Positions 38,905 to 50,566 of a DNA stretch of 64,000 bases are shown piece by piece; the stretch's first letter is position 1; each line of letters starts with the position of its first letter. Under the pieces are notes generated by a model. That model searched no databases. It saw only the letters and a list, made by a program, of their open reading frames with translations, and was not told where the DNA came from. The position numbers and the translations under genes were made by a program. The stretch is from Okamejei kenojei (taxonomy: Eukaryota): positions 33,232,001 through 33,296,000 of the forward strand of contig CM069135.1 of NCBI GenBank assembly GCA_035221665.1, in the 5' to 3' direction.

Positions 38905-40660
38905 ATAATGAAAGGTGTAGATAGAGTGGATGTTGAAAGAATGTTTCCACTGATGGGGGAGTCAAGGACCAGAAGTCATAGCCCCAGAATTATTATTTTT
39001 TTGTAAGATATTTTTATTAGAAGTAATTACATATTAAGAATAAATATAAAATCCAATTAAAGCAAAAGAAAATATTAACGTCACATACATTCTTAATATT
39101 TTTAAAATTAACAATCAATCTTATTTGTACTTCTATAATTTTCTTTTTTATTTTATAGCAGTAGGAAATAAAAAAGGGAAAAAGAAAAGAAAAAAAAGAG
39201 AATCACTCAACTGATTGAGTGGAATATTAAACAAGATATTCTTCAATGGAGATATTATGATTTATGATCTATTGTCTATAATTCTTCATCCATTCATACA
39301 TTCAGGCTTCCGTCATGGCTTCGAACCGGACCATCTTGACCCTTTAAATATTCAATAAATGGAGACCATATTCCTCTGAACTGGTCCAGCCTGTCCATCA
39401 GGGCAAGCCTTAATCGTTCCAAGTGTAACGTCTCCGACATTTCTGTAATCCACATTTTAGTTGTGGGGGAAGTAGGACCTTTCCAAAATCTTAGTATTAA
39501 TTTTTTACCAATTATTAAACTATAACCGATAAAAATTATTTGGTGTGTTGTTAATATCTGATTTGTTTCCAGTATTCCCGATATAATTAGTTTTGAGTCT
39601 GGAATCAGCTTTGCATTAACTACAATTGAGATTATCTTAAAAATCTCTATCCAAAAATTAGTGATTTTTATACATTTTGTGAATGAATGCGTTAAATTAG
39701 CTTCTAATTGTTGACACTTATCGCATATTGCAGACACATTTGAGAAAATTCTATTTAATTTGGACTTTGAGAGATGTAATCTATGTATAACTTTAAATTG
39801 TATCAAGGAGTGTCTAGCATTTAATGAACAATGATGTATATATTGTAAACTTTCATTCCATACTTCTCTACTGATTACTTGACCTAGTTCATTTCCCCAT
39901 GCTTGTCTATATTTATCCGTATTTGGTAAATCATTTTCCAATAAAATATTATAAATATATGATATTAATTTCTCTGTATTCGGATGTTTATTTAAACATT
40001 CATCTAAAATTTCTGTCTTTCTATTCCTAAAATCCAGTGTATTTGATTTAACATAATCTCTAATTTGTAGATATCGAAAATATTCTTTAAAATGTAATCC
40101 ATAATTTTGTTGTAATTCCTGAAATGAGAGAAATAAGTTTTCCCTATAAAGATCACCGATCTTATTTATTCCATAGTTCTTCCATTTTAAGAAACCTTTG
40201 TCCATCAGTGAAGGTTTAAAAGAAATATTGTTTACTATTGGAAGAGCTAGTGGTACATTCTGTAATTGTAATGTTTTTTTTAATTGTTTCCAAATACGTA
40301 TTCCACTTTCTATTAATGGGTTTTCTTTATAAGTTTTCTTATGTATTGGAGTATTAGCAAATAAAATCAAACTAATTTCAATAGCCCCAGAATTAAAGGG
40401 TGCTCTTTTAGAAAGGAGGTGAGGAGGAACTTCTTTAGTCAGAGGGTAGTTAATCTGTGGAACTCATTGCCACAGAGGGCTGTGGAGGCCAAGTCAGTGG
40501 ATATTTTTAAGGCAGAGATAGACACATTCTTGATTAGAACGGGTGTCAAGAGCTATGGGGAGAAAGCAGGGAAATGGGATTAGGAGGCAGCGATCAGCCA
40601 TGATTGAATGGCGAAGTGGACTAGATGGGCCAAATAGCCTAATTCTACTCCTATAACTTG
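38905..40660 (+). mobile_element. CR1 3' fragment interrupted by an L1 (pieces about 38905-38992 and 40381-40660)
   Basis: MKGVDRVDVERMFPLMGESRTRSHSPRI resumes as KGCSFRKEVRRNFFSQRVVNLWNSLPQRAVEA after the insert. Confidence 0.88.
38993..40380 (-). mobile_element. 5'-truncated L1/Tx1-clade LINE with an open ORF2 C-terminus (39294..40370)
   Basis: 358-aa stop-free ORF with FRYLQIRDY, QFKVIHRLH and the C-terminal CDKC-x8-H-x4-C zinc knuckle. AATAAA plus A-rich tail. 15-bp TSD ATAGCCCCAGAATTA (38978-38992, 40381-40395). Confidence 0.92.
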
Positions 40661-41220
40661 CGCGTGAAAAATATGCTGGTTATTGACTGCGGCCATATGG
40701 GAGAGAGGACTGGAGAAATTATGCAGAGGTGTGGCAGTAGTTGTGCTGGCAATGTGGGAGGCATCATAGTGCAGATGGATTGAGACTGAGAAAGATGATT
40801 GGAATTGAGGGGAGACACGAGTCCAGTGGGGATGAACACAAGGAGAGATCAGGGAATGTTAAGTTGAGATGATAATGAGGCGTTTAAGGAAGTAATGGGG
40901 TTGGTTGCAGCACTGAAAAGACCAGGATGTTTTTAGGATGGGTGGTGGCCTATGGAAATAATCAAAGGATCCAAAAAGATGATCCAAGCGCTGAGGTTGT
41001 AAGACATGAAGGTTGATTCCGGCCTATGGAAATAATCAGGGGCTAGGGTGGTACTTGAGAGCCTAGTCAGTGGGAGGGTGAGTGGAAAATCAAGGAGATA
41101 TGAAGGGGATCCAATGTACCATGTCAGCAGTGAGCTGCCTAGGGCATTCACTAAAAATGAAAAGTTAGAAGGAACCTGGCTTGAAGATCAAGCTTTGGCA
41201 CCAGTCCAGGAATAGTCAGG

Positions 41221-41770
41221 CTTTAGTTTAGTTCAGAGATACAACATGAAAATGTGTCCCTTGGCTCACCAAGTCTATCCCGCCAAAACGTGTAGGAAGG
41301 AACTGTAGATTTGTGGATCTACAATCGAAGGTAGACACAAAATGCTGGAGTAACCCAGTGGGTCAGGCAGCATCTCTAGAGAGAAGGAATGGGTGACGTT
41401 TTGGGCCTGAAGAAGGGCACTCGACCCGAAATGTCACCCATTCTTCTCTCCACAGATGCTGCCTGACCCGCTGAGTTACGCTAGCATTTTGTGTCTAAGT
41501 CCATGCCAACCATTGATCACCCGTTCACACCCGTTCTCTGGTATCCCACTCACTTACCCATTCCCCACACACCAGCGGCAATTTGCAGTGACCATTCAAT
41601 CCACAAACCAGCACGTCTTTGGGATGTGGGGAGAAACCAGAGCACCTGGATTAAACGCACATGGTCACAGGGAGAATGTGCAAACTCCACACAGACATCA
41701 GCCGAGGACATGATTGAGCCCGAGGCTCCAGCGGTGTGAGGCAGCAGCTCTACCAACTGCGCCACTGTGT
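41221..41770 (-). mobile_element. HE1/V-SINE-like SINE interrupted by a fold-back repeat
   Basis: Tail tttagtttagttcagagatac at 41222. The body resumes at about 41497 (aagtccatgcc, echoing aagtctatccc at 41271). Confidence 0.8.
41288..41496. repeat. Fold-back Penelope-derived repeat with a hammerhead-like core
   Basis: Arms agacacaaaatgctggagtaacccagtgggtcaggcagcatct and agatgctgcctgacccgctgagttacgctagcattttgtgtct. Plus-strand CTGAAGAAGGGCACTCGACCCGAAATGTC at 41407-41435. Confidence 0.82.
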
Positions 41771-41894
41771 CACCCATAATACCAATGCAGGACTTAACCT
41801 CCCAATTAACACATGTTCCATTGTTACAGGCATGATGTTACTCAGAGTTGTACTGTACACCAGCTGTTTTCACTGCTCTTACTCAATGATATTA

Positions 41895-42380
41895 TAGACA
41901 ATAGACAATAGACAATAGACAATAGATGCAGGAGTAGGCCATTTGGCCCTTCGAGCCAGCACCGCCATTCAATGTGATCACGGCTGATCATCCCCAATCA
42001 GTACCCTGTTCCTGTCTTCTCCCCATATCCCCTGACTCCGCTATATTCAAGAGAAAGCATCCAGAGAACCTGCCTCCACCGCCCTCTGAGGCAGAGAATT
42101 CCACAGACTCACCACTCTCTGTGAGAAAAAGTGTTTCCTCTTCTCCGTTCTAAATGGCTTACTCCTTATTCTTAAACGTGGCCCATGGTTCTGGACCCCC
42201 AACATTGGGAACATGTTTCCTGCCTCAAATGTGTCCAAGCCCTTAGCAATCTTATATGTTTCAATGAGATCCCTTCTCATCCTTCTAAACTCCAGAGTGT
42301 ACAAGCCCAGCTGCTCCATTCTCTCAGCATATGACAGTCCCGCCATCCCGGGAATTAACCTTGGAAACCTACGCTGCACT
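41895..42380 (-). mobile_element. 5'-truncated CR1 LINE, same subfamily as 19572-20473
   Basis: QRRFPRLIPGMAGLSYAERMEQLGLYTLEFRRMRRDLIETYKI, with an (AGACAAT)n tail on the plus strand. Confidence 0.92.
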
Positions 42381-42842
42381 CTTCTTCTGTTTGCACATCA
42401 CAGTCATAGAAAATCTCTTGAAACTTGCTATCAGATTGATTGCTAGGATGGGGAAAACATGAAAACATAAAACAGATTAGATTAAATTTAGAAGAGTTGA
42501 GAAGAAATGTAAAAACATTTCTGTGAAGCTTGGTATGGCTGATGCGAGGATGATATTTCCCCAGATTGTAGTGTCTATAACCTGGGTTAATGCTCTTAAA
42601 ATAGGGGAATGGCCATTCAGAACAGAGATGAGAAGAAGCTTCTGCACCCAGACGGTAGTGAATACACATAAACAATATAACAAATAGATGTGGCAGTATT
42701 GAAGGCTGCTAGTGATTACTGGATGATTTTGCACCAGTCCATGACTCCTCTTGCAATAACAAATTTCACCAATGTTTCTATTTGAGTTTAAAGTGATTGC
42801 TGTATGTGTTGAAGGAGAGAGTTAAAGTAATCAAAGAACAAG

Positions 42843-43145
42843 TTGGTGGCACAGTGGTAGAGTTGCTGCCTTACAGCGTCAGGTATCTGGGTTAGATCCT
42901 GACGATGGGAGCTGTCTGTATGGAGTTTGTACGTTCTCCCCATGACCTGCATGGGTTTTTCCCGGGTGCTCCAGCTTGCTCCCACACTCCAAAGACCCAC
43001 AGGTTTGTAGGTTGATTGGCTTTGATAAAATTGTAAATTGTCCTTAGTGTGTGCAGGATAGTGTAAGTGTGCAGGGATCACTGGTCGGCACGGACTCGGT
43101 GGGCCTAAAGGCCAATTTGCGTGCTAAACCAAACGAAACTAAACA
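42843..43145 (+). mobile_element. HE1/V-SINE-like SINE, near full length
   Basis: tggcacagtggtagagttgctgcc head, V-domain gtttgtacgttctcccc...cccacactccaaagac and an (aaact)-type tail. Confidence 0.87.
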
Positions 43146-44717
43146 AAACAATAATAATGGAGGAATCCTTTGAAGGAAAAGAAGATTTACCCTTGACAAA
43201 GCAACTCACCTCAGAGGCTGGGAGGTTTCACTCACACAGATAATAAATTAAAAGTTGGATAAATAACATTTAACATTTATTTTTCCTTTACTTTGTTCCT
43301 TTTTCACCCTTTCTTTTCATCATCATTTTAGCCCCTCTTTTTTGCCCTATCTAATTTGAGACGAACTCTGTTTATTTCTCTCTCCGTGTTTCTTGCAATG
43401 ACCTGAGATTTATTTAACAATGGAAGAAGACTGTTGATACAATTTTTTACCAGGATACAGCTGTTCCATTGATCACTATGCCATCATCAAGTCACATGTT
43501 CAGCAATTTGTGGCACAACACATATTTCTAATTAAAACATGTACAAAAAATCAGCACAACTGTGGTACAAGTTTGAGGAAACTCCAAGCCATTTTATTCA
43601 TTTCTGCAACATATAAATTGTTTGTATTTAAATAACAGATGCTTGCATGTTGCTGGGTAGGAAAATGCATTTCCAAGCTAACTCAGTGAACAAACCCTCA
43701 ATGTAGTATATTTTTTCTTATGAATTGTCTCTTTCCAAGAAAAAAATAATCAAGACTGCATATGACAAATTATTTCTCTCTGGACCAATTCTTATTTATT
43801 CCTCAAGCATTTGCAGTTTTAAAATTATTTTTTAATAACATTATTTAATTAAGGTTATTTGATGGTAGTTTGCTACAATGAAATGTTATAGGCCAGTCAG
43901 CTGGTAATGCAGTGCAAAAGAATGTTCCAATATAAAGTGAACTATGTCTGTTATTTTCTACTATTCTGATGAAGATCATTGAATAATGTTTTGTATGGGA
44001 TACTGTTATCCTTACAAGCAGTCACCCATTGTGTTGCAAGGTCTTCACATCCAATTATCATCACAATCCTTCCATTCCGAATAAATAATTTTACCACACT
44101 TCAGCCCCATTTCATTGCAACAAAGGAAATCATAATCACAAATAAAAAATAGTAATCCCATCAAGAGGTTGAGACGATACAAAATCTTGTGAATTTAGGT
44201 TAGTTTTGAATCTCTTGTGACACTATCGTCAATGTGTAATTTCATCCATTTCAATGCAATTTGTGTGGGGATGCAGATCATTGAATGCAATTCTGTTATT
44301 CAATGGTCTTTCATTTGCATAAGTTAACCAAGTATTGGGAGTGGGATCCATCGTTGACTGCACTTAAAGCCTACAATTGCTTAAAAGTAACATATTTTAA
44401 TCAGTGCCACTGTATTATTGCAAATTTTCATCCATTTGTATGAATTTATTTTTAAATTGATGATTTTATAAGGAATCAGATAGAGGGGAAAGCTCTGACA
44501 TAGGTAATTTTTGTTTTGGCAGGCTGTAGCTCTCGTCATTTATTTTCATAACTACTCCAAATAATAAAATAGCAATTGCAAACTAATTTTTAGTCTAGCA
44601 AGGTACACAATAATGTATTAGTGAGCCCATACCTGGTCATATTTTTTAAGCTATTGTCACTTTAGCTGCTCCTTGTAGTAGAAAGTTCCACATTCTGATC
44701 AATATTTAGGAAAATAA

Positions 44718-45085
44718 ATAAGGAATTGCAGATGCTCATTTACAAGAAAAGGCACAAAGTACTGGAGTAACTCATTGGGTCAGGCAGCATCCCCAGAGTA
44801 CATGGATAGGTGCCATGTGGGGTCAGGACCTTCTTCAGACTGATTGTGGTGGGTTAGAGCGGGGTGGGAGCAGGGAAAGAAAGCTGGAGGAGATCAGGGC
44901 CAGGACAATACAGGTGAGGGGGGGGGGGGCTTCATCGGCAGATGGTTGGATAAAGGCCCGAGATAAAAATACAAAAGGTGTGAGACAAAAGAATGGAAGA
45001 GTTGTGAATTGTGAAACTAGAGGAAGGAATGTAGGTGGTAGTTCTACAGAGATGCTGCCTGACCCAGCACCTTTGTGTCTTTTTT
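44718..45085 (-). repeat. Penelope terminal-repeat fragment with a decayed hammerhead-like core
   Basis: aggaattgcagatgc...ggagtaactcattgggtcaggcagcatc...gggtcaggaccttcttcagactga, followed by a purine-rich tract. Confidence 0.7.
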
Positions 45086-45962
45086 TCAAGAATTTTGCCC
45101 TGATTTCTCCACTGAACCTATTAATGACCAAATATTTATGGACTCTTCCTCACGTGGAAAGATCTTTTAAAGATCTCTATTAGCCTTGAGAGATGAGCAT
45201 TGGCTTGTTCAGTTTCTCTAATAGTTGTACATCTTATTAGGGGCTTGTCTAATGTCTCCATATTTTGTAATATGTAAATTAACACCGAGAGACCCCTCCA
45301 TAAATAAGCCACTGGAACCAAACCAGAAGAATTGGATTCCAACTACTGCTGGTGCAGATTTCCCCTCCCAGGAATGATTAAACCCTCCATGTTTAAAATA
45401 ATTTTACTTAGAAACAAAAATATTCTGTAATTTTGAACAAATGGTGCAACTAATAGCCCATTATTTTAACATGGTCAAGCAAATTGGAAAGTTAAAACAT
45501 GAGGAAACTGCCTTGGTTGAATAGAATAATAAAAGCAAAGATCATCGGCTTGAAATATTAATTTTAATTCCCCTTCCACGTCTCCTTCCTGATCTGCTCA
45601 GAGCTTGTGGTGTATTTTTTCTTGTTTTTGTTTTTGTTTTTTATTTCCAGCATCCCCAGCACTTTCCTATACATCAGCATGAATACCTGATCTTAAGAAT
45701 GAATTTCTGATCTTGCAAATTGTCTCATGACCCTTGCAGTATTTTGATCTGCACTTTCTCCTGAGCTGTAACACTATATTTCGCATTGTTTCAATTGTAT
45801 TCATATTGTACGATTCACCTGGATAACATGCGATAAAAGATTTTTCACTGTATCTCAGTACATGCGAAGATAATAAAGATGATAATAAATAATAAAGAAA
45901 CATAAATACTCTTACAACTGCAGTAAGTCAGTGGTGTCAAACATAGAAATGTGAAGAATGGG

Positions 45963-46996
45963 TAGGTATGTTACAAAACTTACCTTGTGCGGCGTTGCAG
46001 TTCTGCCGCTCCCCGTGTGCGTGACTTTGGTGCCTTTCAGAGGGGGACGTGTTTAAAGTGCCGTTTTTCCACAGACTGGACAAATCGATCCATGTCAGGC
46101 GATTTCGTTGATGAAGAGAAATCGCTCTGACATTTCATTCATGAAGGTATTTTTAAATTACGCTAGATTATTTATTAACTAGAGTAATTTAAAAATCATC
46201 TTCTAAAGCCGTGAGCACCGACAACGGGAAGGATTTTACGTAGGGGAGAAAATAAAGTGCACAGTTTATCTTTACATTAAAACTTGGTTTTTAGGAAGGC
46301 TTTAATCACATTTTCATGTTGCAAAATGGGGACAAAAAAAAATGTATGAACCGGCAGTGTTTTTCATACCGACTTCACCGCAAACCGCAACGTTCCAATC
46401 CACCGCATTCCACTAAAACCCACTCGCAAGTTGATTTAAATGGCCATTAATTTACAGGAATTAAACACTAAATTCCTTCCATTTGGCTTATAAATTCATG
46501 AAAATGAGATTTAAAAATCATTTTATATTGTGAATTATTGTGTGAATGTTATTTGGACACTTAGGCAATTAAAAAAAGTTTACCTTTTCTTAAGAAATGG
46601 ATAGATGTTTAGATCTAGTAATTGAATTTTGTAATCAGCTACAATTAGGTAACTAACTAATTATATGCTTTAATTTCAGGTCATCCAAATAATATTGTTT
46701 CATATTTGTTTGAGAATGCTTCAATCTATAATAACTGAAAATTTCATTGAGTTATCTTAATTTTTAAGAAAGTGATGGGCTTTTGACTGTCCTAGATCAC
46801 AGCTTTTGTGTTAAGTCAATGGAAAGGCAATGGGGAACAAGATGCTAATTTCTGAGTATGAAAATGGCCATAACCTTTTTAATACTGAAGATATGAAAGT
46901 GAACTAGGTGTCAAATTAAACTTCTTTTTATGCTTTATCTGATGGGATAAATTGCAGACTTGATTTTTAAAATCTCAAAATTTTGTAACATTGCTA
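45963..46996. mobile_element. Non-autonomous DNA transposon of about 1.03 kb, probably hAT
   Basis: Imperfect TIRs TAGGTATGTTACAAAA and TTTTGTAACATTGCTA. GAATGGG lies on both flanks (45956-45962, 46997-47003). No ORF in the track. Confidence 0.72.
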
Positions 46997-47167
46997 GAAT
47001 GGGGCAAGTCAGTCCACTTATTAGAAATAATTTAGTTTGGCGGCTATGTGAAGGATCTTACTTTCTGAAATACTGTAGATGCTGGGACCAGGAAAGGCAT
47101 GGCCTCGCTGCCTCTTAAGAGAATCCAGAGGTTAACAGACAGAAAATCAATGTCATATCAATAAGAT

Positions 47168-47895
47168 ATGGAACAGAGGGATCTAGGAATAACTGTGCAT
47201 AGTTCCCTGAAGGTGGAATCGCATGTAGATAGGGTGGTAAAGAAAGCCTTTGGTGTGCTGGCCTTTATAAATCAGAGCATTGAATATAGGAGTAGGGAAG
47301 TAATGTTAAAATTGTACAAGGCATTGGTAAGACCAATTCTGGAGTATGGTGTACAATTTTGGTCGCCTAGTTATAGGAAGGATGTCAACAAAATACAGAG
47401 AGTACAGAGGAGATTTACTAGAATGTTGCCAGGGTTCCAGCAACTATGTTTCAGAGAAAGGTTGAACAAGTTAGGTCTTTATTCTTTGGAGCGCAAAAGG
47501 TTAAGGGGGGACTTGATTGAGGTCTTTAAAATGATGAAATGGATAGACAGAGTTGACGTGGATAAGCTTTTCCCATTGAGGGTAGGGAAGATTCAAACAA
47601 GAGGGCATGACATGAGAATTAAGGGACAGAAGTTTAGGGGTAACGTGAGGGGGAACTTCTTTACTCAGAGGGTGGTGGCTGTGTGGAATGAGCTTCCAGC
47701 AGAGGTGGTGGAGGCAGGATCGGTTTTAACATTTAAAAGTAAAGTGGATAGGTATATGGACGTGAAGGGAATGGAGGGGTATGGTCTGAGTGCAGGTAGA
47801 TGGGACTAGGGGAAAACAAATGGTCGGCACGGACTGGAAGGGCCAAGAGGGCCTGTCTCCGTGCTGTAATTGTTATATGGTTATATGGTTATATA
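47168..47895 (+). mobile_element. Young 5'-truncated CR1 LINE
   Basis: Stop-free 213-aa ORF (RDLGI...LYKALVRPILEYGVQFWSP...FFTQRVVAVWNELP) and a (TTATATGG)n tail. Confidence 0.94.
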
Positions 47896-48989
47896 GATAG
47901 AGAAACATGGACAGTTACAGTGGTATGAAAAATGTCAGTGGTTGGAGGTCTCAGATTAAAAAATGATAAGGAAACAGGGAACTTTATGTTTTATCCTAAC
48001 TAACAATGCAGTAGAGCACCTCAAAATCAGATTGCAAAGCTCAGTTACAAGGTGCTGCCCGATGCAAAGACAAGGAAAACTTATTCCCGGTTGAAATACC
48101 ATCTCATGTAGCTTTTCAGAGAACCATAAAAACCTGCAGCACAGAATCAGCCTCTTTCAGCGCACCGCATTTTCTTCAAGTTAAATATTTAGTGTACGTA
48201 AGTTTAATCTTAATCCTTCAAGTTGCACATCTAAGCCCTTCTGTTTTGTGATTCTATTGTGATCCTTTTCGGACCCCCCCACACCCCACCGTGAAACAGC
48301 CTAACCCCATGTCTCCAACATACTACCTGACTGCTATTAACCTCTCCCAAGGTCCTTATAGCAATACCTGGTGCCCAACATTCCACCTGACTCCTTCTCC
48401 AATGGATGAGATTCTGATCCCTGAACCACATGCCCAAGCAAACTGTCAGTGAAATAAAGTATTTAATGATTAATAGAGAATCACTTCATTCTACGGCACA
48501 TTACATTTTTGTTCTATGAACAACATCATTTTATTATACCCAATCAACAATTCCCTTTTCCAAAGATAATTCCAGTTTATCCAGTCTATCCTCAATACTT
48601 CCACGTCGGGAATGCCTCTAGGAACTATATCAATTTCAACTTCTATCATCCTCTTCGATAACTCATTCCATAAATGAAAAAGCTGAAATTTCCCTTCATT
48701 TTTTTCAATCCTCCTCAGCTGTATATTTGTGCTCCCGGTATTTTAACCCTTGCAACTGTGAATGATGTGTCACAATTTTAACAATTCAAATCTAGGTACT
48801 ACATTTCTAAGCAAAACCAACCAAATATCCTTCAGCGTTCCACATGGCCTAAATACTGATGCTTGTAATCAGTTTTTGTTGTTCAATTCTATATCTTCCA
48901 CATGTAATCTTACTCTGTCTGAACTTAGAGCATAACAAACCACATACTGTCAAATAGCAGCTTTTCCAAGGATGGCTCCATATCCCATA

Positions 48990-49400
48990 TCTGAGAGCCC
49001 CATATCTGCGGAAGGATGTGCTGGCTCTGGAGAGGGTCCAGAGGAGGTTTACAAGAATTATTCCAGGAATAAGAGGGTTAGCATATGATGAGTGCTTGAC
49101 AGCACTGGGGCTCTACTCATTGGAGTTTAGAAAGTTGAGGGGGGGGGACCTAATTTCCACTGGTGGGAGAGTCGAGGACCAGGGGTCATAGCCTCAGAAT
49201 TAAAGGGCACTCTTTTAGAAAGGAGGTGAGGAGTAACTTCTTCAGTCAGAGGGTAGTTAATCTGTGGAACTCATTGACACAGAGGGCTGTGGATGCCAAG
49301 TAAGTGGATAATTTTAAGGCAGAGATGGACAAATTCTTGATTAGAACGGGTGTCAAGGGTTATGGGGAGGAGGCAGAAACAGCTTAATTCTACTATAACG
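48990..49400 (+). mobile_element. CR1 fragment with internal deletions
   Basis: PYLRKDVLALERVQRRFTRIIPG, and its 3' part matches 40381-40560. Confidence 0.85.
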
Positions 49401-50081
49401 TACACTTGTGGTTCAGGTACAGTTCTGAGAGATTTATGGTGCACCGACTCTTTGGTGCTCTAATATTATAGCTTCGGCAGTAATATTCCGTAGTCCTCCA
49501 ATGTCCTCAGTACGCTCAGACCTCAGCAGACATGTATCAGGAAGGCTAGTCATCCATTGCATGGTTCCCCCTAACCTCAGAAGATATGTGAGGAGTCAGG
49601 CCTATGACATCCTTCTAATTTTGGGATACTGCCTGGCTATATTGTGGGGTTATGATGTCAGATGGCAGGAGTTAAACAGGTGATGCAGGATATTTCTGTG
49701 AAAGGGAGGTATGTTTATCAGAGACTGTGCTCACTACTTGTTTTAGAAGCCTTACATGAATCCATAGATGACAATAACATTATTAACATGCAGGTAAGAT
49801 GAAACAAATTATAAACTTAAGGCAGAATGCAAAGAAAAATACATTCACCGTTATAGATGGCAAACTATGTGGCTTATGTGCAAAGCATTGGTCAATCACT
49901 ACAAACTTGAAACATTGTCATTACACAAATCACAACAGGTTTTAAGTTAAATATCCTCATGGATCACAATTATTTGTTTCTGAGAATTTTATGTACACAA
50001 GTTATACATGCTTTCAATTAATAAATGTTAGTTCAACTTTAAAAAGTGTTTTTATGAAACAAATGTGTTACTTACATCATT

Positions 50082-50566
50082 TAGATTTACTAAAATGTTG
50101 CCAGGGTTCCAGCAACTATGTTACAGAGAAAGGTTGAACAAGTTAGGTCTTTATTCTTTGGAGCGCAGAAGGTTAAGGGGGGACTTGATTCAGGTCTTTA
50201 AAATGATGAAAGGGATGAACAGAGTTGACGTGGATAAGCTTTTCCCATTGAGGGTAGGGAAGATTCAAACAAGAGGGCATGACATGAGAATTAAGGGACA
50301 GAAGTTTAGGGGTAACGTGAGGGGGAACTTCTTTACTCAGAGGGTGGTGGCTGTGTGGAATGAGCTTCCAGCAGAAGTGGTGGAGGCAGGATCGATTTTA
50401 ACATTTAAAAGTAAAGTGGATAGGTATATGGACGTGAAGGGAATGGAGGGGTATGGTCTGAGTGCAGGTAGATGGGACTAGGGGAAAACAAATGGTCGGC
50501 ACGGACTGGAAGGGCCGAGAGGGCCTGTCTCCGTGCTGTAATTGTTATATGGTTATATGGTTATAT
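50082..50566 (+). mobile_element. Young CR1 3' fragment, near-identical to 47411-47895
   Basis: RFTKMLPGFQQLCYRERLNKLGLYSLERRRLRGDLI and the same (TTATATGG)n tail. Confidence 0.93.

Noticed and set aside
39294-40370. 358-aa ORF as a host or domesticated gene
   Set aside because: It is a truncated L1 ORF2 end bounded by a TSD and an A tail, with no promoter or true start.
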